A DNA stretch of 61,837 nt, counting the filler, from Nemertoderma westbladi (Eukaryota > Animalia > Xenacoelomorpha): NCBI GenBank assembly GCA_032718475.1. It is 3 parts of 3 records of this genome, joined end to end, with 100 filler letters (N's around TTAATTAATTAA, not from the genome) between each part and the next. Parts side by side here need not be neighbours in the genome. Positions count along the whole stretch, not along the records: positions 53,071 to 61,837 come from JAUCBJ010005074.1; 2 more parts are not named here. The stretch is one strand, 5' to 3'. The position numbers and the translations under genes were made by a program. The notes beneath the pieces were generated by a model, which saw nothing but the letters and a program-made list of their open reading frames with translations, made no database searches and was not told where the DNA came from. Below are positions 61,107-61,837 of the stretch, in pieces; position 1 is the first letter of the stretch; every line of letters starts with the position of its first letter.

Positions 61107-61837
61107 CGGCCCGGACGTTTCGGCCCATGACTGTAACTGAATGAAAAGGCTAACTTGTTTGATATGATAATTATTATTCATTAAAATTATAATTATTTCA
61201 CAATAACATACAAACACTTAATAAAATATCTTGCATGAAATGGCTATTTAATTTACCTTTATTTCAAAATAAAATAAACATTAGGGAAGTGGTGCTCTGG
61301 TTCCATAGACAATTCGCCATCAATTATGTTATGCGGCCGAAAAAATGAAAGTCAGAACAAATCTATTGGTCTCGAGTACCACATTGCTAATATACAATAC
61401 TACCAAAGCGAATCAATTTCACGAACCATTTAGGGCTTAAATCTTGTCTGATCGATATATTTTGGAGATACTTCATAAACTTTAAACATTACTCAATTGA
61501 TAATTCTTGTAGCTGGACAGTGTATTGCAGCTATGTCTTAATGATCTGTTGAAACAATAAATCTCATCTTCGATGATAGATGCTTTATACCCATAGATAA
61601 CGACGTATAATGCTTTTATTAATACATATTTTATTTCACTTCGCATCCACTCTGGTCCTTTTAATGCGCATACATTTCATCTAAATTTAAATTTAATACG
61701 TATATATTTCATATAAATTTAATACGCATATATTCTTTCTCATTCCATATGACATCCAGTCTGTCTCATAATTATTAGCAATGCTCCTTTAATGGAATAT
61801 TTCTAATCTAGTATATTTTTAAGACCAACATTAAAAT

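Overview
AT-rich, repeat-dense animal (invertebrate-type) genomic DNA, not prokaryotic. Two artificial 100-nt scaffold spacers (23217-23316, 52971-53070) mean adjacency across them is uncertain. Intact host genes are all single-exon in the coding region: two paralogous UDP-glycosyltransferases (UGTs, minus strand) in a tandem duplication, and a creatine-kinase-type phosphagen kinase. There are also two UGT fragments and a frameshifted DDX1 5' fragment. Mobile DNA includes CR1/L2-group and RTE LINE pieces (several with clear target-site duplications, TSDs), a BEL/Pao LTR retrotransposon with a very long N-terminal region, nested Helentron/HINE-like elements, a TA-flanked foldback element, an IS3EU-like element (TAC...GTA ends, 6-bp TSD), and a 356-bp insert carrying a minimal hammerhead ribozyme between 65-bp inverted repeats. 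Several satellites occupy 36.5-46 kb and 52.4-53 kb. The most striking unexplained signal is a dense set of 8-bp micro-insertions of the form N5-CAG/CTG-N5 (an arbitrary 5-mer duplicated around CAG or CTG). They cluster upstream of the kinase, upstream of and inside DDX1, and inside one element. In DDX1, removing them restores the conserved protein, so they look like excision footprints of an unidentified transposon that targets promoter-like DNA.
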